Of a DNA stretch of 64,000 bases, positions 9,533-18,231 are shown one piece after another. A model generated the notes under the pieces. It searched no databases and had not been told where the DNA came from. It saw only the letters and a list, made by a program, of their open reading frames with translations. Source of the stretch: an uncultured Myxococcales bacterium (GTDB lineage: Bacteria > Myxococcota > B64-G9). Position numbers and translations under genes: made by a program. The stretch spans positions 66,468-130,467 of the forward strand of contig CAZXHT010000003.1 of assembly GCA_964640665.1 (NCBI GenBank), read 5' to 3'. Each line of letters starts with the position of its first letter. The first letter of the stretch is position 1.

Positions 9533-10213
9533 TTGGTGGGTCTGTATAATTGCCGCACGCTTCGGAAAGGATCTGTGTTGAAGAAGAAGACATTCATCGC
9601 CATGGCCGGCAACATCGGCAGCGGAAAAACCACCGCGGCAAAGCTGATCAGCCAGAACTCCGGCTTCGAGCTTTTCGACGAGCCGGTGATCGATAATCGC
9701 TTCCTCAAGTCGTACTACGCCGACATGCGGCGCTGGTCGTTTACGCTGCAGATGGAGTTCTTGATGAAGCGGGTCGAGCACCACGAGTTGATCCGCAAGG
9801 TACCCAAGAGTTGTATCCAGGATCGCACTCTCTACGAGGATCCCGAGATCTTCGCCAAGTACTTGCACGGCCTGGGCCACATGGGCAACCGTGAGCTGGA
9901 TCTCTACTTCGAGTACTTCAACCGCCTCAACCGGGATCTCTTGCGGCCCGACCTGATAATATTTCTCGGGGTAAACGACGTCGACACCCTGCTCAAGCGC
10001 ATCCAGGTCCGCGGGCGCGAGGAGGAGCGTTCCATCGACCCGGCCTTCCTGATCGGCCTGAACGCCTACTACTCGACGTTCGCACAGGTGTGCGAGAAGA
10101 AGTACGGCATTCCGGTTCACCGGGTGAACGTCGAGAAGCTCGACATCCGCTCCGAGCGGGGCAAGCAGACTTTTCTCGATCGAATCGAGCTTGCGCTGGA
10201 GGAAATTCAATGA
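9533..10213 (+). CDS. deoxynucleoside kinase (dNK family, dAK/dCK/dGK-like), copy 1
   Basis: P-loop AMAGNIGSGKTT and dNK-family sequence. The true start may be the GTG/TTG near 9575-9580. Confidence 0.7.
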   Translation: MVGLYNCRTLRKGSVLKKKTFIAMAGNIGSGKTTAAKLISQNSGFELFDEPVIDNRFLKSYYADMRRWSFTLQMEFLMKRVEHHELIRKVPKSCIQDRTLYEDPEIFAKYLHGLGHMGNRELDLYFEYFNRLNRDLLRPDLIIFLGVNDVDTLLKRIQVRGREEERSIDPAFLIGLNAYYSTFAQVCEKKYGIPVHRVNVEKLDIRSERGKQTFLDRIELALEEIQ

Positions 10214-10905
10214 ACCGTCACCCGGGCGCCGAACGGCAGATCGACGGCGAGCAGTCCGTTCACGGCAAGGGCCGCCCGACCTACATCGCTATCGAGGGAC
10301 CCATCGGCGTCGGCAAGACCACCATGGTGCGGCGCCTGGCCGAACATTTCTCGGCCCGGGTGATGGTGGAAATCGTCGAGGAGAACCCTTTCCTGCCCGA
10401 TTTTTACAAGGACCGGGAGAAGTACGCCTTCCAGACCCAGCTTTTCTTCCTGCTTAGCCGATATCGCCAGCAGCAGGAACTCTGGCAGCCGGACCTGTTC
10501 CACCGCTACATCTTCTCGGACTACATCTTCTCCAAGGACCGTCTCTTCGCCTCGCTGACTCTTTCGGAAAACGAGATGCTGTTGTACGACCAGGTTTTTC
10601 AGATTCTCGATACGCGCGTCCTCAAGCCCGACCTGGTTGTCTACCTGCAGGCGCGCCTGGAGGTGTTGCTCGAACGTATCAAGCGCCGCGGAAGGCCTTT
10701 CGAGAAGAACTTCGACGCCGACTACCTGAAACGCCTGTCGGCCAACTATGCCGACTATTTCTTTCACTACCCGGACACCCCCCTGCTGGTGGTGGATACC
10801 TCGGACATCAACGTAGTCGAGTCCGAGGAAGATTGCCTCGACCTGACCCGCTGCATCCTGCGCCATCGCGGCGGTGTGCAGTACTACAAACCCCTGGGAC
10901 GATGA
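10210..10905 (+). CDS. deoxynucleoside kinase (dNK family), copy 2
   Basis: P-loop IEGPIGVGKTT, ERS-like region and LID region. The ATG overlaps the upstream TGA (ATGA), which indicates translational coupling. Confidence 0.7.
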   Translation: MNRHPGAERQIDGEQSVHGKGRPTYIAIEGPIGVGKTTMVRRLAEHFSARVMVEIVEENPFLPDFYKDREKYAFQTQLFFLLSRYRQQQELWQPDLFHRYIFSDYIFSKDRLFASLTLSENEMLLYDQVFQILDTRVLKPDLVVYLQARLEVLLERIKRRGRPFEKNFDADYLKRLSANYADYFFHYPDTPLLVVDTSDINVVESEEDCLDLTRCILRHRGGVQYYKPLGR

Positions 10906-11332
10906 ACACGAAACGCATTATTGCTCATCTGCTACTCGCGGCCTGCCGGCAGTCCTGCTGCAAACGCCCTACAACGAGGTATCAGGTTATCCGATCAGGA
11001 TCCGTACTGGGAGACATAACATTCGTATCGACAGCGATCACTTGCGCCCATCCATAGGCCTCGATATTGTCCTCGCGGCCGTCTACCAGCAGCAGCACCT
11101 TGTCGCCAATCTCCGAGGCCAGTGCCCGGGCGCCAACCGAGTGGTGCATGGGACCCAGGCGGCGAACCTCGATCTCCGGAACCTGGCGCAGCAGGCCAGC
11201 ACAACCGTGAGTACTTTTCTCATCGCAGAAGGCATTGATTTCCCCGTCCGGTGATGGTAGCGCATTTTCTCAGGGCGGTCCAAGAAATGGTTTCTTGCCC
11301 TCGACCGGGATGTATGTAATTGATGTTCCAGA

Positions 11333-13420
11333 TTGGCCCGCACACTCAGAAACGTGGTCCTGGCCGGACTGATGCTCCTGCCCCTGCATGTCTTTGGTCA
11401 GGAAGACGACGGCCTCGAGGATGAGTTCGCCCTGCTCGAGGAAGAGATCAAGGCCGACGAGGTCGAGTCGGCATCCAAACACCGCCAGTCGATCTTCTGG
11501 AGCCCCTCGGCCGTCACCGTCATGACCCGCGAGGAGATCCTGGCCTCGGGAGCCACCAACCTTCCCGATCTGTTGAGGAGAGTGCCCGGCCTGGACGTTT
11601 ATGAAATGAAGCCCACGTTTCCCCTGGTCGGGGCGAGGGCCCTGACCGATCACGCCAGCAACCTGGTGCTGGTGCTGGTGGACGGCCGCGAGGCGCTGAT
11701 CGAGCTGTCCGGTTTTCCGTTGTGGGCCGCGATGACCATCGACATCGAGGAGATCGAGCGCATCGAGGTCATCCGCGGGCCGGGCTCGACGCTTTACGGC
11801 GCCAACGCCTTCGCCGCGGTGGTCAGTATCACGACCATGGGCGAGCAACCCCGCCGGTTTGCCGGCAAGGCCTACCTCACGGGAGGCCAGCAGGGCCTGT
11901 GGCGCTTTTTCGGCCGGGTCGGAGACGCCTGGAGGGCGGGCGAAGGCGTCCTTTCCTTCAGCGCCGGCGCGGGCAGCGAAGAGTTTCGCTCCGCATCCGA
12001 TCGCGAAGACCGCATCGGGCGGGTTAAGATTCGTTTTCATTCCTTCGTTCGCTACCAGCTCGGAAGCAAGCTGGATTTGTCGCTGCACGGCGGGTTGATC
12101 GAGGGCGCGGGGAGCATGTACGAGACCGCGGGTGACTTTCTGGCCGACAACGTAGTCAACCACTACGCCATGGCCAAGGCGTCCATTGCGCTCGCGGACA
12201 ATCTGAGTCTCAAAGCCCAGCTTTACCAGATCCGCTATCACGTCGACCTCCACTATCGCTCGCGCATTTTCGCCTACGGCACCTGGATCATGAACCTGCC
12301 GGACACCATGATGGACATCAACACCTACGACGGCCAGTTCCAGGCCGACTGGCTACCCGCCGGCTGGCTTCACCTGGTCGGCGGCGCCAACCTGCGCTAC
12401 ACTTACCTGCAATCGGACAAGATCATTGCCAAGGTCCTCGACGAGTTGCGCGGCGCGGTCTTCGTAAACAGCGAGTTTCTCCCGCTGGACAGCCTGCAGC
12501 TCACCGGGGGCTTCCGGCTAGACTTCAACTCCGAGACCGAGCCGGCCTTCAGCCCGCGGATCGTCGCGGTTTATCGGCCGCTCATGCATCACTCCTTCCG
12601 GCTGGGATACAGCCTGGCTTTCAGAAAGCCTTCCTTCATGGAGGGCCAGGTCCACCTGCGGCCCGATGACTTCAACCCGGCCTTCCCAGATATAGTCGAC
12701 AAGTTCACAACGGCCATTGGCAACGAGAATCTCAAGAACGAGCGGCTCCACTCCATCGAGTTGGGCTGGCGTGGCCGCTTTCTCGACCGGCGGCTGCAGG
12801 CCTCGATCGATCTGTTCTACAACTTCTACCTGGACACCATCTTCTACAAGACCGAAATGAGCATCTCCAGCCTGGGAATGCCCGACATCGCCAACTCCAC
12901 TTTCCAGTTCTTCAACAACCCGGATCTGATCGAGGCGTTCGGCGGCGAGATCGAGTTGTCATGGAACCCGCTGAAAGACTGGAGAATCTGGGGCAATCTG
13001 GGACTGCGAAGAGTCACCCAGGAGGGCAAGCGCCTGCTTTCCGAACCGTGGCTGCGTGTCAACCTGGGCTTGAGCTTCGACCGCGGCCGCGGTTTCGTGG
13101 CAGACATCTCCATGCACTACGTGACCTCGTACACGGTCGAGCTGTTGCAGCCGGAAAACCCTTTCGACAACAACGAGAAGATCATTCAGTCGCTGGGCAA
13201 CAGGCTTCTGGCCATCGGCCGGCTGGGCTACCGCCTGGCCTGGGAAGACGACACCCGACTGGAAGCCGGCCTGAGCGTGCGCGCTCCCATCGGGCCGCCC
13301 TTCCGCGAGTACGCCGGACTGCCCACCCTCGATCCCGATTCTTACAGCGTCAGCGGCTCGGACTGGGCCGGCGAAAGACTCGTCAGGCTGGTCACGCTCT
13401 ACCTGCGCGGGTCGTTCTGA
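11333..13420 (+). CDS. TonB-dependent outer-membrane receptor
   Basis: There is a signal peptide, a plug domain (TNLPDLLRRVPGLDV; IERIEVIRGPGSTLYGANAFAAVVSITT), a long beta-barrel and C-terminal Phe. It uses a TTG start. Confidence 0.75.
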   Translation: MARTLRNVVLAGLMLLPLHVFGQEDDGLEDEFALLEEEIKADEVESASKHRQSIFWSPSAVTVMTREEILASGATNLPDLLRRVPGLDVYEMKPTFPLVGARALTDHASNLVLVLVDGREALIELSGFPLWAAMTIDIEEIERIEVIRGPGSTLYGANAFAAVVSITTMGEQPRRFAGKAYLTGGQQGLWRFFGRVGDAWRAGEGVLSFSAGAGSEEFRSASDREDRIGRVKIRFHSFVRYQLGSKLDLSLHGGLIEGAGSMYETAGDFLADNVVNHYAMAKASIALADNLSLKAQLYQIRYHVDLHYRSRIFAYGTWIMNLPDTMMDINTYDGQFQADWLPAGWLHLVGGANLRYTYLQSDKIIAKVLDELRGAVFVNSEFLPLDSLQLTGGFRLDFNSETEPAFSPRIVAVYRPLMHHSFRLGYSLAFRKPSFMEGQVHLRPDDFNPAFPDIVDKFTTAIGNENLKNERLHSIELGWRGRFLDRRLQASIDLFYNFYLDTIFYKTEMSISSLGMPDIANSTFQFFNNPDLIEAFGGEIELSWNPLKDWRIWGNLGLRRVTQEGKRLLSEPWLRVNLGLSFDRGRGFVADISMHYVTSYTVELLQPENPFDNNEKIIQSLGNRLLAIGRLGYRLAWEDDTRLEAGLSVRAPIGPPFREYAGLPTLDPDSYSVSGSDWAGERLVRLVTLYLRGSF

Positions 13421-13427
13421 TTTCAAC

Positions 13428-14810
13428 CTATTCCCTGCTGGTCACACACAGCTTGTTGCCGTGATCGATGACGGTGAACTTGCCGTCAGAGCGCCGCACT
13501 CGTTCATCGATCCAGGCCTGGACGTCCGGGGCCGCCTCGAAGCCGCCCGGCGCGAGCACTGCGGCCGGAAGCTCGGAGTGCATGTAGATTTTCACCTGGT
13601 CGAGAATCCTCAGCACCCGGTCGGTCTTCCACATGTAGAGCTCGAAGTTGTCGGCGATCTCGCGCCGCGCACTTGCCAGCGGTTTCTGCCGCAGGCGAAC
13701 CAGGTTGTCCCAGAACAACTCCTTGGCCCGCCTGCCGGGGGCCAGGCCGCGAACGTCGGCATCGAGATCCGGCCGCCCGTCGAGCGGGGCGATGACCAGG
13801 GCCTCGCCGCCGGGCTCGATGGCGCTTCTCAGAGCCAGGTCGAAGGCATTCTGGGTGCCGTAGAGCGCCTGCGAGGCGGGAGGCCCCCCGGGGGAGATGA
13901 TCACGTACTTCACGCGCTCGACCTCGAAGGCCATCATGTCGTCGACCACCCCGACCATCCTTGACGACAGCTCGGCCGGGTCGCCGGCCTGCACCCAGAA
14001 GATTTTTCCTCCCGCCGAGACCATGTCCAGGCCGAAGCTAATCACGTCGCCGCGAACCGCCTTGCCGCTCGGCGAGATGACGTAATGCTCCGAAAGAGCG
14101 CGGGCCTCGCGGGTATCCTCGGAGACGGGGTTTTTTTTCCTGGAAGCATCCGCATGCCAGGGACTGCGCCCGGGACCGGAATCGGGGTCGAGTGCCCACT
14201 TGTGATTCTGGACCACCGTCTCTGACGAGGACAGACCGGGTAAGAACTGCTTGTCGATGCAGGAATAACCGTGAAAGTAATGGTGCTTCGACTCGTGGCC
14301 ATAAACTCGCACGTCGCACTCGAGCAACTTTCTGTTCACCCGCAAGCGGGTCCCGCGCCCGGTGACGCCGATGTCCGCAAGATCGCTCTTTTCACAGTCG
14401 TGGGGCTCGAAATCGATCTGCAGGTTCAGGCGCTGCTGCGCGGCCTCCACCCATGTGCCCGCATCCTTGGCGTATACCGCAGGGTCGTGAGTGCCGGTGG
14501 CGCACAGCACGGTGATTGATTGCGGCGAGCCGCTTGTGACCTCGTCCAGCAGGGCATCCAGGATCTCGTGTTGCAACCCGGCCCGGAACTCGTCCGAGAT
14601 GACGATACCCACGATGCGGCCGCGGGCCAACTCGCGCAGTTGCGGCCGTCCAACGGGCTCGGATAGCGCCCGGCGCAGGATTTCGGGCACGGCGCCCGAA
14701 AGCGGCTCCGGTTCGCGAGGCGCGATCAGCGGTCCGTTGATTTCATCATAAGGGATTGTAAATGTTTTTGAGCGTGTGCCGTAACTGAGTTCGAATCGGG
14801 AATCAGGCAT
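13428..14810 (-). CDS. LarA-like protein (DUF2088 / lactate-racemase family, nickel-pincer-nucleotide dependent 2-hydroxyacid racemase/epimerase)
   Basis: About 460 aa. The HxxxGxSxxxK-like block ESKHHYFHGYSCIDK resembles the LarA NPN-attachment region. A GAGG SD precedes the ATG at 14810. Confidence 0.45.
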   Translation of the reverse strand: MPDSRFELSYGTRSKTFTIPYDEINGPLIAPREPEPLSGAVPEILRRALSEPVGRPQLRELARGRIVGIVISDEFRAGLQHEILDALLDEVTSGSPQSITVLCATGTHDPAVYAKDAGTWVEAAQQRLNLQIDFEPHDCEKSDLADIGVTGRGTRLRVNRKLLECDVRVYGHESKHHYFHGYSCIDKQFLPGLSSSETVVQNHKWALDPDSGPGRSPWHADASRKKNPVSEDTREARALSEHYVISPSGKAVRGDVISFGLDMVSAGGKIFWVQAGDPAELSSRMVGVVDDMMAFEVERVKYVIISPGGPPASQALYGTQNAFDLALRSAIEPGGEALVIAPLDGRPDLDADVRGLAPGRRAKELFWDNLVRLRQKPLASARREIADNFELYMWKTDRVLRILDQVKIYMHSELPAAVLAPGGFEAAPDVQAWIDERVRRSDGKFTVIDHGNKLCVTSRE

Positions 14811-14929
14811 ACTATCCTCTGACTCCCCCCGCTTACGACGTATTTTATCAAGCCGGGCGCGAAAGGCAAGCAATGCTTCGACGAAACAATTGACCTGCCC
14901 TGAACCGCACGTTAGAAAACTGCTATCTA

Positions 14930-16198
14930 ATGATCAAGAGTTTCTGGCAACGTCTTGGCCCCGGCATCTTGCTGGCGGCCACTTCCGTCGGGGCCTCGCA
15001 CCTGGTGCTTAGCCCCCAGGCGGGCGCCCTGTTCGGTTACCAGCTCTTGTGGCTGATTTTGGCCGGCCACCTGTTCAAGTACCCGGCCTTCGAGTTCGGG
15101 CCGCGCTATGCCGCGGCCACGGGCAAGAGCCTGCTGGCCGGCTACCTGCGCGTTCCGGGCCCGCGCGGTTGGGCGCTGTACCTGTTTCTGCTGAGCACCG
15201 TCTTGCAGGGCATCGGGGTCTTGGCAGGCGTGGTCTCTGTCTCGGGCTGCGTCTTGTCGTCTTGGACCGGGGCCCTGTCAACCGAGTGGTTCTCGTTGAT
15301 CCTGATCGGCATCGTCGTCAGCCTGCTGTTCGCCGGAGGCTTTTCCTGGCTGGACAACATAAACAAGGTCATGATCGCCATCCTGGCACTGGCCACGCTG
15401 GTGGCCTTTGTTCCGGTCTGCCCGTCTCCTGCCAATCTCGTCCATCTTTTCATCCCCGTCATTCCGGCCGGCTCGATCGTCCTGGTGGCCGCCATTCTGG
15501 GCTGGATGCCGACCGGCATCGACGTCTCAATCTGGCACTCGTTCTGGACTCTCGAGAAACTCAAGCGCCTGGGGGAGTTTCACGACGACGGCGATCTGCA
15601 GGGTTGCCGTCGGCAACTGGGTATTTCGCTTGTCGACATGCGGGTGGGCTACCTGCTCTCACTGCTGACCGGGATAATGTTCGTCTGCATGGGCGCCGCC
15701 CAGTTAACCGGGCGCGGCGCTGATCTGAAAGGCATACAGTTCGCCGAGGCCCTAAGCAGCGCCTATACCAGCATCATGGGCCGCTGGATATTCCATGTTT
15801 TCATGCTGACCGCTTTTTTCGCCATGTTCTCGACGACCTACACGGTCATCGACGGTTTCTCGCGCTCCTTCAGCGAAGCCCTGGCAACGCTGCGCGCCTC
15901 CCTGGCGACGCGCAAGCGTCGCAGGCTGACTTACGCGGGCTTCGTGATCGTCTCATCGCTTCTGGCAGCCGGCACGATCCTGTTGGTGGGCAATCCCGTG
16001 ACGCTGGTGACGACCGTGGCCTTGATCAGCCTGGCCGCGGCGCCCGTGCTCTACGGCCTGAATCTCTACTGTGTGCAGAAGCACATCGAGCAGCCGGCTT
16101 TGCGTCCGGCCCGCATCACAGTGGTCGTCGGCTGGCTGGGCAGCGCCCTGATGCTGCTGGCGCTGGGTGTGATGGTCTATGTCAAGCTGGTTCGCTAA
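14930..16198 (+). CDS. Nramp-family (MntH/NRMT-like) divalent metal cation transporter
   Basis: About 11 TM helices. The N-terminal LGPGILLAATSVGASH block resembles the Nramp DPGN region and the overall topology is Nramp-like. Confidence 0.5.
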   Translation: MIKSFWQRLGPGILLAATSVGASHLVLSPQAGALFGYQLLWLILAGHLFKYPAFEFGPRYAAATGKSLLAGYLRVPGPRGWALYLFLLSTVLQGIGVLAGVVSVSGCVLSSWTGALSTEWFSLILIGIVVSLLFAGGFSWLDNINKVMIAILALATLVAFVPVCPSPANLVHLFIPVIPAGSIVLVAAILGWMPTGIDVSIWHSFWTLEKLKRLGEFHDDGDLQGCRRQLGISLVDMRVGYLLSLLTGIMFVCMGAAQLTGRGADLKGIQFAEALSSAYTSIMGRWIFHVFMLTAFFAMFSTTYTVIDGFSRSFSEALATLRASLATRKRRRLTYAGFVIVSSLLAAGTILLVGNPVTLVTTVALISLAAAPVLYGLNLYCVQKHIEQPALRPARITVVVGWLGSALMLLALGVMVYVKLVR

Positions 16199-16204
16199 CC
16201 ATTC

Positions 16205-16624
16205 TCAATCGCCGCTTACATCCTTGAACCAGATATGCACTTTGCGCTTGTCATCAAGCTTGGCGTAAAGCTGATAGACGTGGCCGGCCTTGGCGTCGAT
16301 GGTCACCTCTTTGTTCAGACGCCGCGGACCGTTCTTGAATGCTTTTTCGAAGGTGGCGGCCGCGAGAATCCTGTGGGCGCCCGGAGGAACCTCGACCCGC
16401 TGGTACTCGACGGCGAACTTGCCGTAATTCATGTTCAAGATCTTGTCTTCTACTGCCACGATCGTTATCCGTACCCCGTCCGAGACGGACCCACCCTTGA
16501 CCAGGGCGACCTCGGCGGCTTCCCGCTTGGGCCCGTCGTAGAAACGATAGGTGTGAACGCAGCCCGCCGGCCCCACCGATAACAAGCAGGCGCAAATTGC
16601 TAATCTAGTTCGCCAGGTTGCCAT
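16205..16624 (-). CDS. hypothetical lipoprotein
   Basis: Signal peptide with lipobox-like sequence (LSVGPAGC). No recognised domain. Confidence 0.4.
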   Translation of the reverse strand: MATWRTRLAICACLLSVGPAGCVHTYRFYDGPKREAAEVALVKGGSVSDGVRITIVAVEDKILNMNYGKFAVEYQRVEVPPGAHRILAAATFEKAFKNGPRRLNKEVTIDAKAGHVYQLYAKLDDKRKVHIWFKDVSGD

Positions 16625-16632
16625 GACCCGCT

Positions 16633-16755
16633 CATGCGCCCGAGCAACCGCTGCAGCTCGAGGCGCTGCACCCGCTTACCGGCGCCCCGCAATCGTACAC
16701 CAGCAACTCGAACTTTTGCCCGCATTTCCGGCAGTCATACTCGTAGATCGGCATG
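16633..16755 (-). CDS. FmdB-family zinc-ribbon small protein (40 aa, not in the ORF track)
   Basis: MPIYEYDCRKCGQKFELLV...C..C: two CxxC pairs typical of the FmdB putative regulatory zinc ribbon. Its ATG directly abuts the TAG of the upstream TPR gene, and its stop lies 8 nt before the next start. Confidence 0.55.
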
Positions 16756-18156
16756 CTAATTCTCCAGCTTGGCGAGCATTTCCTGGATGGCCTGGTTGTC
16801 GGGGCTCAGCTCGTGGGCTCTTTCGAGAAAGGCGCGGGCCTTGTCGCGGTCCGCCTCGCGCTTTTCCGGCTCGGCCTTGGAAAGGGCGGCATACAGCGAA
16901 CCCAGGCGGACAAGTGATTCGAGATCGTCCGCCTTGATTTCGAGAATACCCTCGTAGACTCCAACGGCTTCCCGAATCTGGCCGTTAGAAAACAGGGCCA
17001 GGGCATACTGGTAACGGTAGTCGATCTTGTCCGGGGCCAGCAACACCAAGCTGGCATAGACGCTGGCTGCCCGGGTATAGTCACGCCTCTTCCGGGCCAT
17101 GTCGCCCATGCGCGTTCGGGCGTCCAGGTCGAAGGGATTCATGGACGTCGCCTTCTCGTAATACGTGCGCGCCTTGCCCCACTTCTGCAAGCGGGCATAG
17201 ACGTCACCCAGGCCGATCAAAGCCAGTGGGCTTTCAGGCCGCAGATCGAGAGCATGCTCGAAGGCGACGACCGCTTCGCCGTCGTTCTGCAGCCGGCTGT
17301 GCGCCAATCCCTTGAGCACGTTGGCAAAGGGATTGTCCGGCTGGCGATCGAGGATCTTCACGACTTCCGCAAACCCCTGCTGCACGTAGTCATGATCCAG
17401 GAGTTCGACCACTTTCTCCAGATCCTGGGCCAGATCGGGGTCCGCCCCCCTGAGAGGATCGAAAACCTTGGCGGCCACGGTGCAGGCCTTCGAAGCCACG
17501 GACGCGGACGGGCCAAGCGAGAGGATCTTGGCCATCGACCTGACGGCCTGGGCTCCCTTGCCCTGGCCCAGCAAGGCACCGCCCCTGGCCACATAGATAT
17601 CGGCCCGGTTGGGATCCTTCCGGATCGCCTGTTCGAGATATTTCTCGGCCTGCTTGTAGTCCCCGTTCATCAAGTAAACAAGCCCGATCCGGAATGGCAC
17701 GTCCGCTTCGGCCGGCAACAATTCGGCGGCGCGGGTAAATTGATCTAAAGCCACCTGCATGTGACCAGGCCCGCGTGAGATCTCGACCAGCCCCAGCCCG
17801 TATGCGCCGATACCCGCTGACTTTCCGCCGGCCATGCTCTCGTAGCGCCGGGCCAGTTGCTCGAGCCGGCCCGCGTAGTAGGCGGCCTCCACCAGTCCGC
17901 GCTGGGCGGTCAGGTTGTTCGGATCGGCCCGCAGGATGTCTTCGAAACGCTCGTAGGCCTCCTGTGGCTTACCAGCCTTTGTGAGACCGCGGGCCTCGAC
18001 CAACGGGTCGACCCGCGGCGCAGGAATCGGGTAACGGTGCTTGCAGCCCGTGCACACCAGAGGTGTCAGTCCAAGCAAGACCAGGTACAAGAAAAACCGA
18101 TGTCGCACGATCGCCACCTCGCACCCCAATCTATGGCGCGGCCGCCGGCATGTCAA
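16756..18156 (-). CDS. TPR-repeat lipoprotein
   Basis: Lipobox LVCTGC followed by multiple TPR-like repeats (Ala/Tyr/Leu periodicity). Confidence 0.65.
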   Translation of the reverse strand: MTCRRPRHRLGCEVAIVRHRFFLYLVLLGLTPLVCTGCKHRYPIPAPRVDPLVEARGLTKAGKPQEAYERFEDILRADPNNLTAQRGLVEAAYYAGRLEQLARRYESMAGGKSAGIGAYGLGLVEISRGPGHMQVALDQFTRAAELLPAEADVPFRIGLVYLMNGDYKQAEKYLEQAIRKDPNRADIYVARGGALLGQGKGAQAVRSMAKILSLGPSASVASKACTVAAKVFDPLRGADPDLAQDLEKVVELLDHDYVQQGFAEVVKILDRQPDNPFANVLKGLAHSRLQNDGEAVVAFEHALDLRPESPLALIGLGDVYARLQKWGKARTYYEKATSMNPFDLDARTRMGDMARKRRDYTRAASVYASLVLLAPDKIDYRYQYALALFSNGQIREAVGVYEGILEIKADDLESLVRLGSLYAALSKAEPEKREADRDKARAFLERAHELSPDNQAIQEMLAKLEN

Positions 18157-18231
18157 TTGCAGCCGCGTCTTGCCTGGTCGCCGCTATTGTGAAACAATCG
18201 TCTGCAAACATCATGCAAGGAGGAGTGCGAC

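Noticed and set aside
9458-10210. 250-aa minus-strand ORF
   Set aside because: Antisense to the first deoxynucleoside-kinase gene, which has a clear P-loop.
10906-11332. Possible cobalamin/TPP riboswitch upstream of the TonB-dependent receptor
   Set aside because: I could not find the B12-box or a correctly oriented CUGAGA/TPP core. A CTGAGA exists only on the wrong strand for the receptor. Left unresolved; see the coding-like ORF finding.
11270-12253. 327-aa minus-strand ORF
   Set aside because: It overlaps the TonB-dependent receptor gene on the opposite strand with Arg/Gly-rich composition. The receptor has a plug domain and C-terminal Phe.
14781-14800. GAGTTCGAATCGG, which resembles a tRNA T-loop
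   Set aside because: It lies inside the LarA-like coding region (codons ...SRFELSYG...). No acceptor-stem or anticodon-arm pairing surrounds it.
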